From Ministeria vibrans ATCC 50519 (taxonomy: Eukaryota > Protista > Filasterea), in assembly GCA_943704425.1 (NCBI GenBank), contig CALSCP010001613.1, positions 1-63,719 on the forward strand: a stretch of DNA of 63,719 nt, read 5' to 3'. A model generated the notes under the pieces. The model was given only the letters and a program-made list of their open reading frames with translations, made no database searches and had not been told where the DNA came from. Position 1 is the first letter of the stretch. The number at the start of each line of letters is the position of its first letter. Shown here one piece after another: positions 62,283 through 63,719 of this stretch. The translations under genes and the position numbers were made by a program.

Positions 62283-63590
62283 ATGAAAGGCTCGTCGTGC
62301 AAGGAGCAATGTCGGCCCTCGTACATGCGTGTGTCAATGGGATGTTTCCTTGGGGGCGCTCTAGCCTTGACGCTCGGCGCTGTGCTGATGCCTACAGCCA
62401 ATGACATTGCGAATAAACAAATCGATGCGGTTCGTTCGAGGACTTTCTTCTTCTTCTCTCTCTCTCTCTCTCAACCTCCTTTTCTTCTTCACCTTGCATG
62501 CATAGGCGTTCCTGCTGGACTCGCCGCAGCGAAGAATGTTTTCACAGTGGCAGAAGTTTGGATTTAGCATTCCGACCGTCAACCATTACTACTTCTTCAA
62601 CCTGGAAAACCCCGCGGAATTCAGGGCGGGCGCCAAGCCCAATGTGTCTCAAGTAGGTCCTTTTGTCTACTACCAATACCAGGAGCGCTTCAATTTGTCC
62701 TGGAGCGACAACCGCGGAAAGATACACTTCCATCAACACACATACTACGAATTCCGTCCAGAGCTCTCCTCGGCAAACGACGACTACAACGTCACGCTTG
62801 TTAATCTGCCGCTGCTTGCCGTCATCTACAACGTGGAGTCGCGTAGCATTCCCGTCAAGGTGCTTGCCGACATTTTGGCGGTGATTGAAAAGGAAGAGAT
62901 GGTGTACGAGAAGTCGGTGCGTGAGCTGCTCTGGGGCTACCACGATCCGATGCTGCAGACAGTCCACGACATTGACCCCAACGGCGGAATCAGTCCCATC
63001 ATGCAAATGCAGTGGAACAACTCGCTCGCCGACCTCAAAGAGTCCATTGTTGACACTGGGCTACACGACCTCAACAAACTCCACCTGTACGAACAGTGGG
63101 ACGGCTCAGCAAATCTCTCTGTTCGCAACTACTGGGCCAACGACTGGGCCAACGCAATCAACGGCACAGACGGCGCCAATTACGTCCCGCGCAGTGTCAC
63201 GCGCGACTCTGTTCTTCCCGTCTTTGTCGCTTCCATCTTCCGTTCCATCAATATCACATTTGTGGCGCCCGTCACACTCTTTGATATTCACCTTTTGCGC
63301 TTCACTCTTGCCCCAAACACACTCAACAACGAAACTACCAATCCCGGTTTTTACGGCTACGGTCCCAATGGAGTGCTCAATATCACTCATATCGTTAAAG
63401 TATGAAAGGAAAAACCAGATTGTGTATTAATAATTCTCTGACTCACTTGTCATTTAGGCTCCGATTTTTCTGTCTCTTCCGCACTTTCTCGATGCCGATC
63501 CGTTCTACAACTCTCTCGTCGACGGGCTCAATCCGCACTCAAAGGACCACTTTACCTTCATTGACATTGATCATTTGACGGGTGCTGCCT
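62283..63590 (+). CDS. CD36/SCARB (LIMP-2-like) scavenger receptor class B; truncated by window end
   Basis: N-terminal TM, YYFFNLENP...KPNVSQVGPFVY, SVRELLWGY, INGTDG, APIFLSLPHFLDAD and GLNP...H.TFIDI..LTG; many N-glycosylation sequons. Confidence 0.93.
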
Positions 63591-63610
63591 GTAAGGTTTA
63601 CTAGTAGCGT

Positions 63611-63719
63611 CTCTCTATCACTTTGTTTCTTTCTCCCTCCTTCCTTCCTTTCTCTCTCTCTATCACTTTGTTTCTTTCTCCCTCCTTCCTTCCTTTCTCT
63701 CTCTCTATCCCTTTGTTTC
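63611..63719. repeat. Intronic copies of the ctctatcactttgtttctttctccctcct motif
   Basis: Three copies at the window end. Confidence 0.85.

Overview
Eukaryotic, gene-dense nuclear scaffold with about 29-30 protein-coding genes and short canonical GT-AG introns, several inflated by (AG)n/(TG)n microsatellites and N gaps. The gene mix (IQSEC/BRAG ArfGEF, CRELD ending in KDEL, CD36, GSK3 with an N-terminal RxRxxT motif, CP110, MMAA, a PH adaptor with repeated Tyr motifs, plus fungal-like Oca1, short SNF5/Sfh1 and an editing-less mitochondrial ThrRS) suggests a unicellular opisthokont, most likely a holozoan protist with centrioles. That assignment is inference. Gene models were built by hand by joining ORFs at GT-AG junctions, and family calls rest on recalled motifs, not database searches. 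Highlights: (1) a split-exon WOPR (Gti1/Pac2/Wor1)-like transcription factor with AT-hooks, a family regarded as fungal; (2) directly beside it, an intronless, apparently catalytically dead G-alpha-like protein; (3) an EF-hand-less NADPH oxidase with a 4-TM insert in its NADPH-binding domain (red algal/diatom architecture) that resembles a degenerate voltage-sensor domain; (4) a PH-domain protein with six EY[VL][DE][IL][DE] candidate phosphotyrosine docking motifs; (5) a small secreted Cys-containing gene nested in a 2.5-kb intron of the uridine kinase gene. No rRNA, tRNA, CRISPR or transposase was recognised.
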